A stretch of 64,000 nucleotides of DNA from a bacterium (GCA_965249615.1 CBDFMI010000006.1:444132-508131); one strand, 5' to 3'; counted from the first letter of the stretch, positions 47,724 to 58,348 are shown. Notes: generated by a model from the sequence alone, not told the origin. A program made the numbers and translations.

Positions 47724-48359
47724 ATGGGAGTTCTGGATTACGTCATTCTGGGCATCCTGGGGGCCAACGCCCTCTATGGTTTCCTCAGAGGGATGGTCCG
47801 GGAGGCCCTTTCGTTGGCGGTCTGGGTGGCGAGTTATATGGTGGCGGCCCGGGTTTACGGCTTCGGGGCAGCGTACCTGGGTCGGGTTGCCGGGGACCCC
47901 ATCCTGGCGGGCGGGATCAGCTTTACCACCGTCTTCCTCGTGACCACCCTTGTGATTGGGACACTGGTGGGGTTGATTTATCGACTGACCAGCCGAGGCT
48001 CTCCCTCTTTCCCCAGCCGGTTCATCGGATCTATCTTCGGTTTCGCCCGGGGGTTCCTCGTTGTCTCGGTCCTTCTCCTCTTCTCCAACACCTTCTCCGA
48101 ACGGGCCACCCAGGGAGACCTCCTGAACAGTTCTCCCCTGGCCCCCTATTTGGACATTATGACTGAGTCCATCTCCCTGGCTTTCCCCACCGCGAACCAT
48201 GGGTCTCTGGACAACCGGCTCACCCGGGAACTCAAAGACGTCCGAAAAAATCGAGGTGAGGGGCTCCTCGGAAACCTGGCGAAGGCTATGGAAAGCCGTC
48301 AGGACCCCGAGCGGCTTAAAGAAACTGTGAAGGATTTGTCCCTCGAGGAGCTACAATAG
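47724..48359 (+). CDS. cvpA: CvpA-family membrane protein
   Basis: MGVLDYVILGILGANALYGFLRGMVREALSL N-terminus typical of CvpA; 4 TM. Confidence 0.7.
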   Translation: MGVLDYVILGILGANALYGFLRGMVREALSLAVWVASYMVAARVYGFGAAYLGRVAGDPILAGGISFTTVFLVTTLVIGTLVGLIYRLTSRGSPSFPSRFIGSIFGFARGFLVVSVLLLFSNTFSERATQGDLLNSSPLAPYLDIMTESISLAFPTANHGSLDNRLTRELKDVRKNRGEGLLGNLAKAMESRQDPERLKETVKDLSLEELQ

Positions 48360-48390
48360 GGGGCCTCCTCTCTTCGAGGCCCAATCATTC

Positions 48391-49146
48391 TTGACCCCAC
48401 GCCATCGCTCACGGAGACCCCCCGCCTGGATCCAGGCCCTCGCCCACGACCGGGAGAGCGGCGCGACGGTCTTGGCCCAACGGGCGGCGAAGGGCCTTCT
48501 CAAAGCCCTCAAGAGGCATCAAGGCGACAGCGAGTTCATTGAAGAGATCGCTCGCCTCGGTAGGCAGCTTCAGTTGGCCCAACCGGCCATGGCACCCCTC
48601 TTTCACCTGGCGAACGCGGCCCTTCTCGGCGCCTCGGCAAAAAGGCCTGCTGAAGGGGCCACCCGGTCTGTCGCCAAATTCCTTAAATCCCTCGAGTGGG
48701 CCAAGGGCCAGCTTCTTCGGGTTGCCCTCCCCCTCATTCCGAGGGGGGGGCGTCTTCTGACTCATTCAGCCAGCAGCGCCGTTGAGGCCCTCCTTCGGGA
48801 GGTTGAAGGGGTCTCGGTCCTGTGCACCGAGTCCAGGCCGGGCCATGAGGGCCTGGGGCTTCACCGGCGGCTCTCGCGCGCAGGGGTGCACGTTCGCCTC
48901 GTCCCCGACCTGGCGGCCTTTGAAGCTTTTAAAGAGATGGATCTCTTTCTCGTTGGTGCGGACGCCCTCACGCCCCGGGGCCTGATTCACAAGATAGGGA
49001 CGGCTCCCCTGGCGCGATGGGCGAGAGAGCATGGGGTCCCGGTCTTCACGCTGTGCACGACCCAAAAATTTCTGCCCGAGCGGATGCTGCCAGCCCCGCC
49101 TTTGAGAGTGAGGGGCTCTTTGACCGGACGCCTTGGCGGCATTTGA
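48391..49146 (+). CDS. eIF-2B alpha/beta/delta-family protein (MtnA / ribose-1,5-bisphosphate-isomerase-like)
   Basis: VLCTESRPGHEGL...LVGADALTPRGLIHKIGTAPLA motif characteristic of the IF-2B family; shorter than MtnA. Confidence 0.5.
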   Translation: MTPRHRSRRPPAWIQALAHDRESGATVLAQRAAKGLLKALKRHQGDSEFIEEIARLGRQLQLAQPAMAPLFHLANAALLGASAKRPAEGATRSVAKFLKSLEWAKGQLLRVALPLIPRGGRLLTHSASSAVEALLREVEGVSVLCTESRPGHEGLGLHRRLSRAGVHVRLVPDLAAFEAFKEMDLFLVGADALTPRGLIHKIGTAPLARWAREHGVPVFTLCTTQKFLPERMLPAPPLRVRGSLTGRLGGI

Positions 49147-49384
49147 CCTGCGTCGTTACAGAGCGAGGCCCCATGGGGAGAAAGGAGGTGCTTCAAGCGA
49201 TCGCTTCCATCCAGATTGCTCGTGCCTGGAAGACCCTCGCTCGTGAGGAGAGAGAGGGCTGAGGGTTGAGTGCTGTCCGATGCGCCTGACCCCATCGGGG
49301 TGGCTCCGAAGGGAGGGCCTGCGGTATACTCCCCGCGATTTTCTTAAAAATTAAAAATTCTTCTTTCAAGGAGGAAGGAGGTTC

Positions 49385-50506
49385 ATGCGCATTCTAGTGA
49401 CAGGGGGGGCCGGATTTATCGGCTCCTTCCTGGTGGATGAGCTCATCGGGCGCGGCCATGAGGTCAGAGTGTTCGACGCCCTCCTTCCCCAGGTCCACGG
49501 AGATGGGGGCCGACCCGCCTATCTCAATCCAAAGGCCGAGCTCGTTCACGGTGATGTCCGAGACCGGGAGGCCCTTGGCGCCGCCCTGGAGGGGGTGGAA
49601 TGGGTCTACCACAAGGCGGGGGCGGTGGGGGTTGGGCAGTCCCAGTACGAGATCAAGCATTATGTGGATGTCAATATCGGTGGGACTGCGAACCTCCTGG
49701 ATCTCCTGGTGAGTTCAACGAATCAAGTCCGGGGGCTGGTGGTGGCCGCCTCCATGAGCAGCTACGGGGAGGGGAGCTACCGCTGCGAGGGGCAAAAATC
49801 GTGCGGAGTCATCCGCCCCCCCCTTCGGACGCTTGAGCAGATGGCCAAGAGGGAGTGGGAACCCCTCTGTCCCCATTGTGGTGCTCACCTTCACCCCATC
49901 CCGACCGATGAGGAGGCCGCCTTTCACCCCAACTCCGTCTACGCCATCACGAAGCAGGTCCAGGAGGACCTCGTCGTGAATTTCGGAAGGACCTACGCCC
50001 TTCCGGTCGCCTCCTTTCGGTACTTCAACGTCTACGGGCCCCGCCAGTCTCTCTCCAATCCTTACACCGGGGTGGCCGCCATCTTCCTCAGCCGCTTGAA
50101 GAACGACCAGCCTCCGGTGATCTACGAGGACGGCCGCCAGACCCGGGATTTTGTCTCCGTCCATGACGTGGTTCAGGCCAATCTGAGGGCGCTGGAGCAG
50201 GACTGGAAGGGTCCCCTGGTGCTGAACATCGGAAGCGGTGAGCCCCGGAAAATCTCGGGCATCGCCGAGACCCTCGCCCAAGTGCTCGGAAAAGAAATAG
50301 CGCCCGATGTGACCCAGACCCCCAGGAAGGGTGATGTCCGCCACTGTTTTGCCGATATCAGCCGGGCCCAAAAAGCCCTCGATTTTGTCCCTCAAGTGGA
50401 TTTTGAGACGGGGATGCGAGAGCTTATTGAGTGGTCGAGGGAGGTTGAGGCGGAAGACCGGTTCGACCAGGCCGCGGGGGAACTGAAAGCCCGGGGGCTC
50501 CTATGA
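49385..50506 (+). CDS. NAD-dependent epimerase/dehydratase family protein with Cys-rich insertion
   Basis: MRILVTGGAGFIGS Rossmann motif, YxxxK (YAITK); strong AGGAGG RBS; inserted C-x5-C...C-P-H-C segment. Confidence 0.8.
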   Translation: MRILVTGGAGFIGSFLVDELIGRGHEVRVFDALLPQVHGDGGRPAYLNPKAELVHGDVRDREALGAALEGVEWVYHKAGAVGVGQSQYEIKHYVDVNIGGTANLLDLLVSSTNQVRGLVVAASMSSYGEGSYRCEGQKSCGVIRPPLRTLEQMAKREWEPLCPHCGAHLHPIPTDEEAAFHPNSVYAITKQVQEDLVVNFGRTYALPVASFRYFNVYGPRQSLSNPYTGVAAIFLSRLKNDQPPVIYEDGRQTRDFVSVHDVVQANLRALEQDWKGPLVLNIGSGEPRKISGIAETLAQVLGKEIAPDVTQTPRKGDVRHCFADISRAQKALDFVPQVDFETGMRELIEWSREVEAEDRFDQAAGELKARGLL

Positions 50507-50524
50507 GGTCTGCCTGACGAAAAG

Positions 50525-51976
50525 CTAGCGGCGGGATCGGCGTCGGCGACGGAGGGTCTGAAGCTTTAGAAGATTAGTAGGACCCCGTTCTGAGAGGGGA
50601 GACCCGCTCAGGATGGCGATGACGTCGCCCTCTTTGGCCTGCTTGTGTCGCAGGAGTCGCTCCTCCACCTGCTCGAAGACCTTTTCGGTGTGATCGCCCA
50701 GGGGCAAGAACTGGGGAGTCACCCCCCAATAGAGGGCCATCCGCTCGAGGATGCGATCATCATGCGTATAGGCCAGGATGGGCACTGCCGGCCGGTTCCT
50801 TGCGACGAAGCGCGCGGTAAGCCCTGACTGTGTAAAGGCGACGATGGCCCGGGCCTTGAGGGCCTGCACGGCATCACAAGCGGCCCGCGTCACCACACTG
50901 GCCGGGGTGACCGCTCCCTCAGGAGCGACGTCCCGCTTCCGTGCAGCGGTCTCAGCCTCCATGATGATCCGGGATATCATCTCTACGGTGTGGACAGGGT
51001 AACGACCGATGGCGGTCTCCCCGGAGAGCATGACAGCGTCCGTCCCATCCAGGATGGCATTGGCCACGTCAGAGGCCTCAGCCCGGGTCGGGCGTGGGTT
51101 TGAGATCATAGAGAAGAGCATTTGGGTGGCCGTGATAACGGGGAGAGCCCTCGCGTTGGCGGCCCGGATGATCTGCTTTTGGACGATGGGCACCTTCTCC
51201 GGGGGCATCTCAACCCCTAGGTCCCCGCGGGCCACCATGACGCCGTCGGCCGCCTCCAAGATGGCCTCCAGGTGCGAGATGGCCTGGGGTTTCTCCAGCT
51301 TGGCGATGAGGGGAATCTTTGACTTTCGGCGGGCGAGGATCCTTCTTGCCGCCTCCAGGTCCGAAGCCCCCCGCACAAAGGACAGGGCGATATAGTCCAC
51401 TTTCTGGCGGATGCCGAATTCAAGGGCCTCACGGTCTTTTCGGGTGAGCGTGGGGACGTTCACTGCGGAGGCCGGGAGGTTGATCCCCTTGTGGTCTCGA
51501 AGGATCCCTCCCTGGTCGATTCGACACCGGACGTCACCTCCGACCACCTTCTTCACCGTCATCTGAATGAGGCCGTCGTCTATCAGAATGAGGTCTCCCG
51601 GGCGCACATCTTTCGCAAGGAGAGGATGGGTGGTGGAGACTCGCTCGGCCGTCCCCAGGATGGGGCGCGGCGTGAGGACGATCTCTCTGCCCCTGATCAA
51701 TTCGACCGCCCCCTCCCGGATGCGGCGGGTGCGGACCTTGGGGCCGGGAAGGTCCTGCAGGATGGCGATAGGTTTTTGGCATTTCTTAGAGGCGGCCCGA
51801 ACCCGTCGGATGGTCTCGGTGTGCTCGGCGAAAGCCCCGTGGGAAAAATTCACTCGTGCGACGTCCATCCCCGCCAGGATGAGCCGATGGATCATCTCCT
51901 TAGAGTGGCTGGCAGGACCGAGTGTGCACACGATCTTGGCGCGCCGGCGGGTTTTGGAATTTCCTGCTGTCTTCAA
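50525..51976 (-). CDS. pyk: Pyruvate kinase
   Basis: AKIVCTLGPAS...MVARGDLGVEMP...MLSGETA motifs; 483 aa. Confidence 0.92.
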   Translation of the reverse strand: MKTAGNSKTRRRAKIVCTLGPASHSKEMIHRLILAGMDVARVNFSHGAFAEHTETIRRVRAASKKCQKPIAILQDLPGPKVRTRRIREGAVELIRGREIVLTPRPILGTAERVSTTHPLLAKDVRPGDLILIDDGLIQMTVKKVVGGDVRCRIDQGGILRDHKGINLPASAVNVPTLTRKDREALEFGIRQKVDYIALSFVRGASDLEAARRILARRKSKIPLIAKLEKPQAISHLEAILEAADGVMVARGDLGVEMPPEKVPIVQKQIIRAANARALPVITATQMLFSMISNPRPTRAEASDVANAILDGTDAVMLSGETAIGRYPVHTVEMISRIIMEAETAARKRDVAPEGAVTPASVVTRAACDAVQALKARAIVAFTQSGLTARFVARNRPAVPILAYTHDDRILERMALYWGVTPQFLPLGDHTEKVFEQVEERLLRHKQAKEGDVIAILSGSPLSERGPTNLLKLQTLRRRRRSRR

Positions 51977-52026
51977 TGATTTCCTCCGAAGGTCGGATTC
52001 ACCGCACAGGGCGAGGATAGCATAGG

Positions 52027-53285
52027 GTGGATGATCCGGGAAAACCCAGACGGGCTCAGGCGAAGCCCCCCGGGCGGTTTTTCGACGCGAAAAAGGCCCT
52101 CCCTCACGCCCATCAGATCGCTTCCCCTCGCTTGGTCGGGACGGAGGGAGAGGGGGCCGCCGCGGCCTATCTTCGGCGCACTCTCCTTGAGGCCGGGTGG
52201 CAAGTGAGGGAAGAGGCCTTTGGCCTGGGGACGACGGGCTCGGCCTTCACCTCGTGGGCGCTGGGGGGCTCCAGTCTCCTCTGTCTCGCAGCCAGGGTTT
52301 TCAGCCCCGCCCGCCCCTGGGCTTCAGCCGCCCTGGTGACCGCCTTGGGCTTTTTTGCATTGAAGGCGGGTTCTTTGTGGAGGTCCTTCGCTCGAAGGCA
52401 AGCCCTTCGCGAAGCGCCCAAGGGTCGGGGGTCGAAGAACCTAGTGGCGGAAATGGGGACGAGGGAGAAGGAAGCTCCCCGGCTCATTCTCATGGCCCAC
52501 TACGACTCGAAGGGAACAAGCCAATACCTCACGCATACGAGCCAATCCCTCACGCAACGGCTCCTCCTCTTTCTCACTCTTTCTGCCAGCTTCTTCGCCC
52601 TGTCGGTTTTTTATGTTCTCTCGGCGGTCTCCCTTATCGAGCCTGGTGGCTTGGGTGTGAACCTCCTGACGGCACTCGCACTTCTCCTCACTCTCATCCT
52701 GGCGACCGCTCGGACGGATAATTTATCGCCCGGGGGGTTGGACAACGCCTCCGGGGCCGGAGTTGTCCTCGCCCTGGCCGAGACCCTGGCCTCCAGTCCC
52801 ACCCGGGGTCTTTAGGTGGTTTTGGCCTTGACCGGTGCGGAGGAGTTGGGCCTGTGCGGGGCTTATGCCCTCCTTCGCCAACAGAGACACGAGTGGGACC
52901 CTGGAGAGACCGCTGTTATCAACATCGATACAGTGGGGATTCCGCAAAAACTTCGCCTTTTCGGAGGACCGGGGAAGAGATGGGGGGACCGGGCAAGCAC
53001 GCTCCAGGAGCTCCTTCAAGACGCGGCCCACCAAGAGGGGGTTTCTCTCCGGCGGTTCAGCCTCCTTGGCAGTCTTTTGATGGATCATGTCCCTTTCTCC
53101 GATGCGGCTACCCGGCGGTCGACTTCTCCGTCGTGGCCCGGGCGATTGGTCATGCTCACACACGGAGAGATTCTCCCGATTTGATTGAGGAGGAAGGGCT
53201 TGACGAGGTGGGCCGCGTTATTCTCAGGGCCATTTCGCTCATCGAGGAGACGGCCACAGCCACCTCATCGGCTGACGGGCGTTGA
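52027..53285 (+). pseudogene. M28-family metallopeptidase, disrupted (in-frame TAG at 52813-52815 plus -1 frameshift near 53106)
   Basis: M28 zinc-ligand motifs are spread over three ORF fragments: LMAHYDS and DNASGAGVVLALAE (52027..52815), TGAEELGLCGAY (52816..), and HTRRDSPDLIEE in another frame (..53285). Confidence 0.5.
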
Positions 53286-53347
53286 CTTTCAAGGTCGTAG
53301 TTGGTAGCTTTTATAGGGGTTAGTGAACCTTTTAGGGTCGGTGGATC

Positions 53348-54079
53348 GTGCTTTTTTCCGTTAATCTCGGACAAGATAGCAGCGGTATATGGGGACTTGT
53401 CCTCAGTGCTGGGCCGATGGTCCAGTTCGTCCTTCTCATCCTTCTGGCTTTCTCCGTAGTCTCCTGGGCCATCATCTTTTTAAAGTATCGTCTCATCGGG
53501 AGGGCCCAGACGCAGTCAGAGGGCTTCCTTCAGGCCTTTTGGAGCAACAAGAACCTGGATTCCCTCTATGAGATTTCGTCCGGCCTCCTGGAGAGTCCTC
53601 TGGCTAAAGTGTTTCGGGCGGGCTACCGGGAATTTTCCCGGGTCAACCAGGCAGTCTCCGGCGAATCTGGCGAATCGCAGGAGAACTCCATCGCCGTGGC
53701 GACAGAGCTCTCCGGCGTTGACAATATTCGCCGGGCCCTCGTGAGGGCGCGGAGCCTGGAGTCGAACCGGCTGGAGCGGTCCCTCATCTTTCTCGCCACG
53801 ACGGGGAGCACGGCCCCCTTCGTCGGTCTCTTTGGGACGGTGTGGGGGATCATGAATGCCTTTCGGGGGATCGGTCGCACTGGGGCGGCGAGTCTGGCCG
53901 TGGTGGCCCCAGGGATCAGCGAGGCCTTGATCGCCACGGCCGCTGGCCTGGCGGCGGCCATCCCGGCGGTGGTGGCCTACAACTACTATGTGAATCGCAC
54001 CAGGGCCCTTGGGGAGGAGATGGAGAACTTTTCGTCCGAGTTCCTGAACCTGGTCGAGCGCTACTATTTACGGAGGTGA
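53348..54079 (+). CDS. tolQ: Tol-Pal system protein TolQ (MotA/TolQ/ExbB family)
   Basis: 3 TM, ...FLATTGSTAPFVGLFGTVWGIMNAF signature; GTG start. Confidence 0.85.
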   Translation: MLFSVNLGQDSSGIWGLVLSAGPMVQFVLLILLAFSVVSWAIIFLKYRLIGRAQTQSEGFLQAFWSNKNLDSLYEISSGLLESPLAKVFRAGYREFSRVNQAVSGESGESQENSIAVATELSGVDNIRRALVRARSLESNRLERSLIFLATTGSTAPFVGLFGTVWGIMNAFRGIGRTGAASLAVVAPGISEALIATAAGLAAAIPAVVAYNYYVNRTRALGEEMENFSSEFLNLVERYYLRR

Positions 54080-54085
54080 GGCCTC

Positions 54086-54502
54086 TTGGCCCTCGATTCC
54101 AAACAGGGAAGCGCACTCCACGAGATCAACATGATACCCCTCGTGGACGTCATGCTGGTTCTCCTGATCATCTTTATGGTCACAGCCCCTCTCCTTCAGC
54201 AGGGGGTGGACGTGAGTCTTCCCGCTGTGAACGCCCCTGAGCTTCCCCTCCAGGAAGATCAGTTCGTGGTGACCATTACAAAGGAGCGAAAGGTCTACCT
54301 CAACCGGGCTCCGCTCACCCTCTCCCAGCTCGGGGCCAAGCTTCAGGCCCTCTATCAGGATCGATCCAGAAAAGAGGTCTTTCTCAGGTCCGATAAGGAT
54401 GTCCCCTACGGTTTCGTCGTCGAGGTGATGGGGCTGATCCGAAAGAGCGGGATCGGGCGGGTCGGCATGGTGACCGAAGCGACGACCGTAACTGAGCCAT
54501 GA
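54086..54502 (+). CDS. tolR: Tol-Pal system protein TolR (ExbD/TolR family)
   Basis: EINMIPLVDVMLVLLIIFMVTAP single-TM N-terminus. Confidence 0.85.
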   Translation: MALDSKQGSALHEINMIPLVDVMLVLLIIFMVTAPLLQQGVDVSLPAVNAPELPLQEDQFVVTITKERKVYLNRAPLTLSQLGAKLQALYQDRSRKEVFLRSDKDVPYGFVVEVMGLIRKSGIGRVGMVTEATTVTEP

Positions 54503-55335
54503 ATTCTATAGAGATCTCCTCGCGCCAGGCTGGATGGGCCCCCGTGGTAGTCGTCTCAGTGCTGGTTCATGCGGCTATTCTGGGGGGGATCTTGACCCTG
54601 AGCCCATCGTCGGACAAACCCCGGAATTTCTACGCGCCGGCCATGACCGTGAATCTCGTTGGGCCGGGGCCTGCCAGGCCCGCTGCACCGTCCTCCCCTA
54701 GAAAGGTTGAGGCGGCACCGAGGCCTGCCCCTAAGGTGGAACCCAAGAGGACACCTCCACCGAAAGAGACACCAGCGGTTAAGGCGACGCCTGCGCCCAA
54801 GGTGAAAGCTGTGCCCAAGGTGGTGCCCGCACCCAAGCCGAAGCCCCCGGCTGAGGCGAAGGTGGTCGAGCCTACGAAGCCTAAGGAGGAACCTCCTGCC
54901 AAGCAGGAGAGTGTCCCCGAGCCCGAGGAGGCTGAGGTGAAGGCCGGCCTGGAAGAGATCCGGGAGCGGCTTGCCAAGGCGCGGGCCGGAGAGGGAGTAG
55001 AGGGTCCCGGAGGCCCACCCAAGGGGGGTGTCTCCTCGGTCGCCCTGGACCTTCGCCACAGGGCTTATTACAATCAGGTTTGGCAAATCCTCGAGGAGGC
55101 CTGGGTCCTGCCGGGTTCCGCTCGTGCAGAGACCCTTCAGGCGGTTGTCTCCATCGGGCTCGATCCGGCAGGGAAAATTATCGAAGTCAAATTTGAGCGT
55201 CGTTCAGGGAATCGTTATTTCGACGAGTCTGTGGAGCGGGCCCTGGCCAAGGTCGCTCAGTTTCCCACTCCCCCTGAGGCCGCTTCGGGTAGCATCTTTC
55301 GTGTAGGATTGCGCTTCATGCCGAGGGTTCAGTGA
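54499..55335 (+). CDS. tolA: TolA (TM anchor, Pro/Lys/Ala-rich linker, TonB/TolA C-terminal domain)
   Basis: Overlaps tolR by ATGA; the linker PAPKVEPKRTPPPKETPAVKATPAPK; C-terminal domain with YYNQVWQILEEAW. Confidence 0.7.
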   Translation: MNSIEISSRQAGWAPVVVVSVLVHAAILGGILTLSPSSDKPRNFYAPAMTVNLVGPGPARPAAPSSPRKVEAAPRPAPKVEPKRTPPPKETPAVKATPAPKVKAVPKVVPAPKPKPPAEAKVVEPTKPKEEPPAKQESVPEPEEAEVKAGLEEIRERLAKARAGEGVEGPGGPPKGGVSSVALDLRHRAYYNQVWQILEEAWVLPGSARAETLQAVVSIGLDPAGKIIEVKFERRSGNRYFDESVERALAKVAQFPTPPEAASGSIFRVGLRFMPRVQ

Positions 55336-55384
55336 ATCACATCTCCAGACCCTCGGCTTAATTTCAGACGAAGGGCCAACAGGA

Positions 55385-56707
55385 ATGAAGAATCTCAAAA
55401 TATCCAAGTGGACCCTTTGCCTTGCGGTAGGGGTCTTGCTTGTTTTCGCGGCGGTCCCCTCTCATTCCCAGCCCAAGGTCTATCTGGACATCGGCCCCGG
55501 GGGGGGCAGACAGTTGCCCATCGCCATTCCCCCCTTTAAAAACCTCACCCCCGAGAGTGGAGATGAGGCCCTGGGCTGGAAGCTCGGACAGGTCCTTGCG
55601 GACGACCTCGGGGTCACAGGCCTCTTTCGGATCCTTGATCCGGTCACCTTTCTTGAGGATCCCCTTCAGGGGGGGCTGGAACCCGAGGACATCGACTTTC
55701 GGGATTGGACGGCCATTGGGGCGGAGGCCCTGATTAAGGGGGGATTCCGGGTCGAGGGGGAACAGCTAGAGATAGAGGCCAGGCTCTTTGTGGTGGTCCA
55801 GGGGGCCATGGCGGTCGGAAAAAAGTACACCGTCAAGCTCGACGACTATCGCCAGGTCTCCCACAACTTCGCCAATGAGGTGCTGAAAAGCCTGTCCGGC
55901 GAGTCCGGGATCTTCGACACGCAGATCGCCTTTATCTCGTCCCGCCGGGGAAACAAAGAGATCTTTGTGATGGACTACGACGGTTTTAACGTGAGGCAGC
56001 TGACGCGAAACGGCTCGACCAACCTCAAGCCCGCTTGGTCGCCGGATGGGGCGAGACTCTCCTTCACTTCTTTTCAGCAAGGACAGCCGAGTCTCTACAT
56101 GCTGGAGCTGGCCCAGGCCAAGGTGCAGTCCTTTGGCCTCTCGGCTGAGGTGGCAACCGGCGGCGTCTGGTCGCCGGACGGCTCTCTCATGACAGCCGTC
56201 CTCAGCCGTGCTGGAAACGCAGATCTCTATCTTCTTGACCCCGACGGCCAGATCCTTCGCCGGCTCACCGATCACTTCGCTATTGACGTAGACCCGGCCT
56301 GGTCGCCCGACGGAGAATCCATCGCCTTCACTTCCAACCGTTCGGGCTCCCCCCAGGTCCACCTCATGAAGGTCTCGGGCCAAGAGGTCCAGAGGCTCAC
56401 CTTTGAAGGCAATTACAATTCGGGACCCGCCTGGTCTCCGCGGGGAGACCAGATCGTCTTCTCCAGCCTGGCGAATGGACGTTTTGACATCTTCCTCATC
56501 CATCCCGATGGCAGCGGTCTGCTCCAGCTGACCCGAAATGCTGGCGACAATACGGACCCTGTCTGGTCTCCCGACGGGCGCCTTATCGCTTTTACCTCGA
56601 CTCGGAGCGGGAGAGAGGCCATCTACGTCATGAACACCGTGGGCCAGTTTGTCCGCCGCCTTCAGCCCGGGGAGACGCCCGCCTGGTCCCCTCGAAAAAA
56701 GAGATGA
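55385..56707 (+). CDS. tolB: Tol-Pal system beta-propeller protein TolB
   Basis: Signal peptide; repeated P(A)WSPDG blades. Confidence 0.9.
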   Translation: MKNLKISKWTLCLAVGVLLVFAAVPSHSQPKVYLDIGPGGGRQLPIAIPPFKNLTPESGDEALGWKLGQVLADDLGVTGLFRILDPVTFLEDPLQGGLEPEDIDFRDWTAIGAEALIKGGFRVEGEQLEIEARLFVVVQGAMAVGKKYTVKLDDYRQVSHNFANEVLKSLSGESGIFDTQIAFISSRRGNKEIFVMDYDGFNVRQLTRNGSTNLKPAWSPDGARLSFTSFQQGQPSLYMLELAQAKVQSFGLSAEVATGGVWSPDGSLMTAVLSRAGNADLYLLDPDGQILRRLTDHFAIDVDPAWSPDGESIAFTSNRSGSPQVHLMKVSGQEVQRLTFEGNYNSGPAWSPRGDQIVFSSLANGRFDIFLIHPDGSGLLQLTRNAGDNTDPVWSPDGRLIAFTSTRSGREAIYVMNTVGQFVRRLQPGETPAWSPRKKR

Positions 56708-56809
56708 ACATGGAGGGCCGAATAGGATATATTGGGGCGCACCTTTTTTAGGCGATAGATTCGCTGCGGGGGCCTCGAGGGGGTCTTGTGAGAAAGAGGA
56801 GGAAGATAG

Positions 56810-57394
56810 ATGTCCAGAACTTGGCGTAGTCGTGTCCCACTTCTGTCTGTTATTGGTCTGGCTGTCCTTGTGATAGGGTGCCCCAAGGCGCCTCCCGAAG
56901 CGACGCCACCGCCGGCTCATACCCCGCCGCCGAGTGAAGAGGTCCGTCGCCCGGAGCCGCATCGGCCTCCGGTACTGTCCCGGGTCGTTCCGGAAGAGGA
57001 TCGACGGAGGTTGGATCAGGCCCGAAGGGAGCGGGAGTTCCAGCTGGCCCTGTCGAACTTCGAGCGAACGCTCATCCAGTTTGACTTCGACCGATCTGAG
57101 ATCAAAGAGCGGTACAAGGGTGTCCTTCAGCAGAAAGCTGACTTTCTCAGGGCCCATCCCAATATCCGGGTTCAGATTGAAGGGCATGCCGATGAGCGCG
57201 GAACGGTCCAGTACAACCTGGCCCTGGGGGATCGGCGGGCAGAGAGCGCCAAGGCCTTTTTGGCGGCCCTGGGCATCGACGCCAACCGGCTCTCGACCAT
57301 CAGCTTTGGCGAGGAGCGGCCCCTTGACCCGTCTAAGAACGACGTGGCCTACACCAAGAACCGAAGGGCACGCCTTCTCGTGATTGGGCAGTAA
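56810..57394 (+). CDS. pal: Peptidoglycan-associated lipoprotein Pal (OmpA family)
   Basis: Lipobox LVIGC; OmpA-like block FDFDRSEI...IEGHADERGT..YNLALGDRRA. Confidence 0.85.
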   Translation: MSRTWRSRVPLLSVIGLAVLVIGCPKAPPEATPPPAHTPPPSEEVRRPEPHRPPVLSRVVPEEDRRRLDQARREREFQLALSNFERTLIQFDFDRSEIKERYKGVLQQKADFLRAHPNIRVQIEGHADERGTVQYNLALGDRRAESAKAFLAALGIDANRLSTISFGEERPLDPSKNDVAYTKNRRARLLVIGQ

Positions 57395-57436
57395 GAGAAG
57401 GGCGTTTTTCGAGCAGACACCGCCGCTGAGGCTTGA

Positions 57437-58348
57437 ATGGTTCGCGCAACTTCATGGCGTCTGGCAGGTGCAGGCTTCTTCCTCCTGCTTGCCGGCTGCA
57501 TACCAATCGAAGAGGCTGAGGTCTTGCAGCGCGATATCAGGCGCCTTCAGGCGGACGTTGCGACCCTGAAGGACACTGAGGGCACAGAGGGGGGAAAGCG
57601 GACGGCCTCGCAAGAGGTGGAGACACTTCAAACGGAACTAAAGCGGTTGCAAGAAACTCAGGCCGATTTGGAGGCAAGGCTTCAGAGCGCGCTTCAGTCG
57701 ACGGCGACAGCCACCGGGGATGTCGAGGAGACCCAGTTCCTGGCCACCAAAACGGCCAGGGAGCTTGAGGAATTGAAGGGGGGCCTGCAAGGGCGTCTGG
57801 AAGCCCTGGAGAGGGACCTCCTCCTGGTCAAGAATAACCTAGGCTTCAGGTCGAGCGTCCCTCCCACAACACCAGCGGAGTCCCTGCCGTTTCCCCCTGT
57901 GGAGGGAGTCCCGCCCATTCTCCGCCTTGTTCCCGATTCGGGTCCAGCGGCTGTTGCCCCGATCCCGCCTCACATGTCTGAAGAAAGACGCCTTTATGAC
58001 GATGCCCTCGAACTGGCCCTGGGGGGCAACCTCTCCGAGGCGCGAAGGGAGCTTGAGGGCTTCCTGAGGCTCTTCCCGAAGTCTGAGTTCGCGGATGACG
58101 CCCAGTACTCCATCGGGGAGACTTACTTCACCGAGAGACGCTACGAAAAAGCGATCCTGGAATTTGACAAGGTCGTCATCAATTATGATACGGGAGACAG
58201 GCTCGCAAGCGCTCTACTCAAGCAGGGTTATGCCTTCCTCGCCCTGGGGGATGAGACCTCCGCAAGGCAACTGCTGACGCAGGTCATCGATCAACATCCT
58301 GACTCCTCCGAGGCGGAAGAGGCTCTGTCAAAGCTGGAAGACCTGTGA
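57437..58348 (+). CDS. cpoB: Tol-Pal system protein CpoB/YbgF (coiled coil plus TPR)
   Basis: Lipobox LLAGC; coiled-coil N-terminal half; C-terminal TPR-like YSIGETYF...AFLALGD. Confidence 0.8.
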   Translation: MVRATSWRLAGAGFFLLLAGCIPIEEAEVLQRDIRRLQADVATLKDTEGTEGGKRTASQEVETLQTELKRLQETQADLEARLQSALQSTATATGDVEETQFLATKTARELEELKGGLQGRLEALERDLLLVKNNLGFRSSVPPTTPAESLPFPPVEGVPPILRLVPDSGPAAVAPIPPHMSEERRLYDDALELALGGNLSEARRELEGFLRLFPKSEFADDAQYSIGETYFTERRYEKAILEFDKVVINYDTGDRLASALLKQGYAFLALGDETSARQLLTQVIDQHPDSSEAEEALSKLEDL

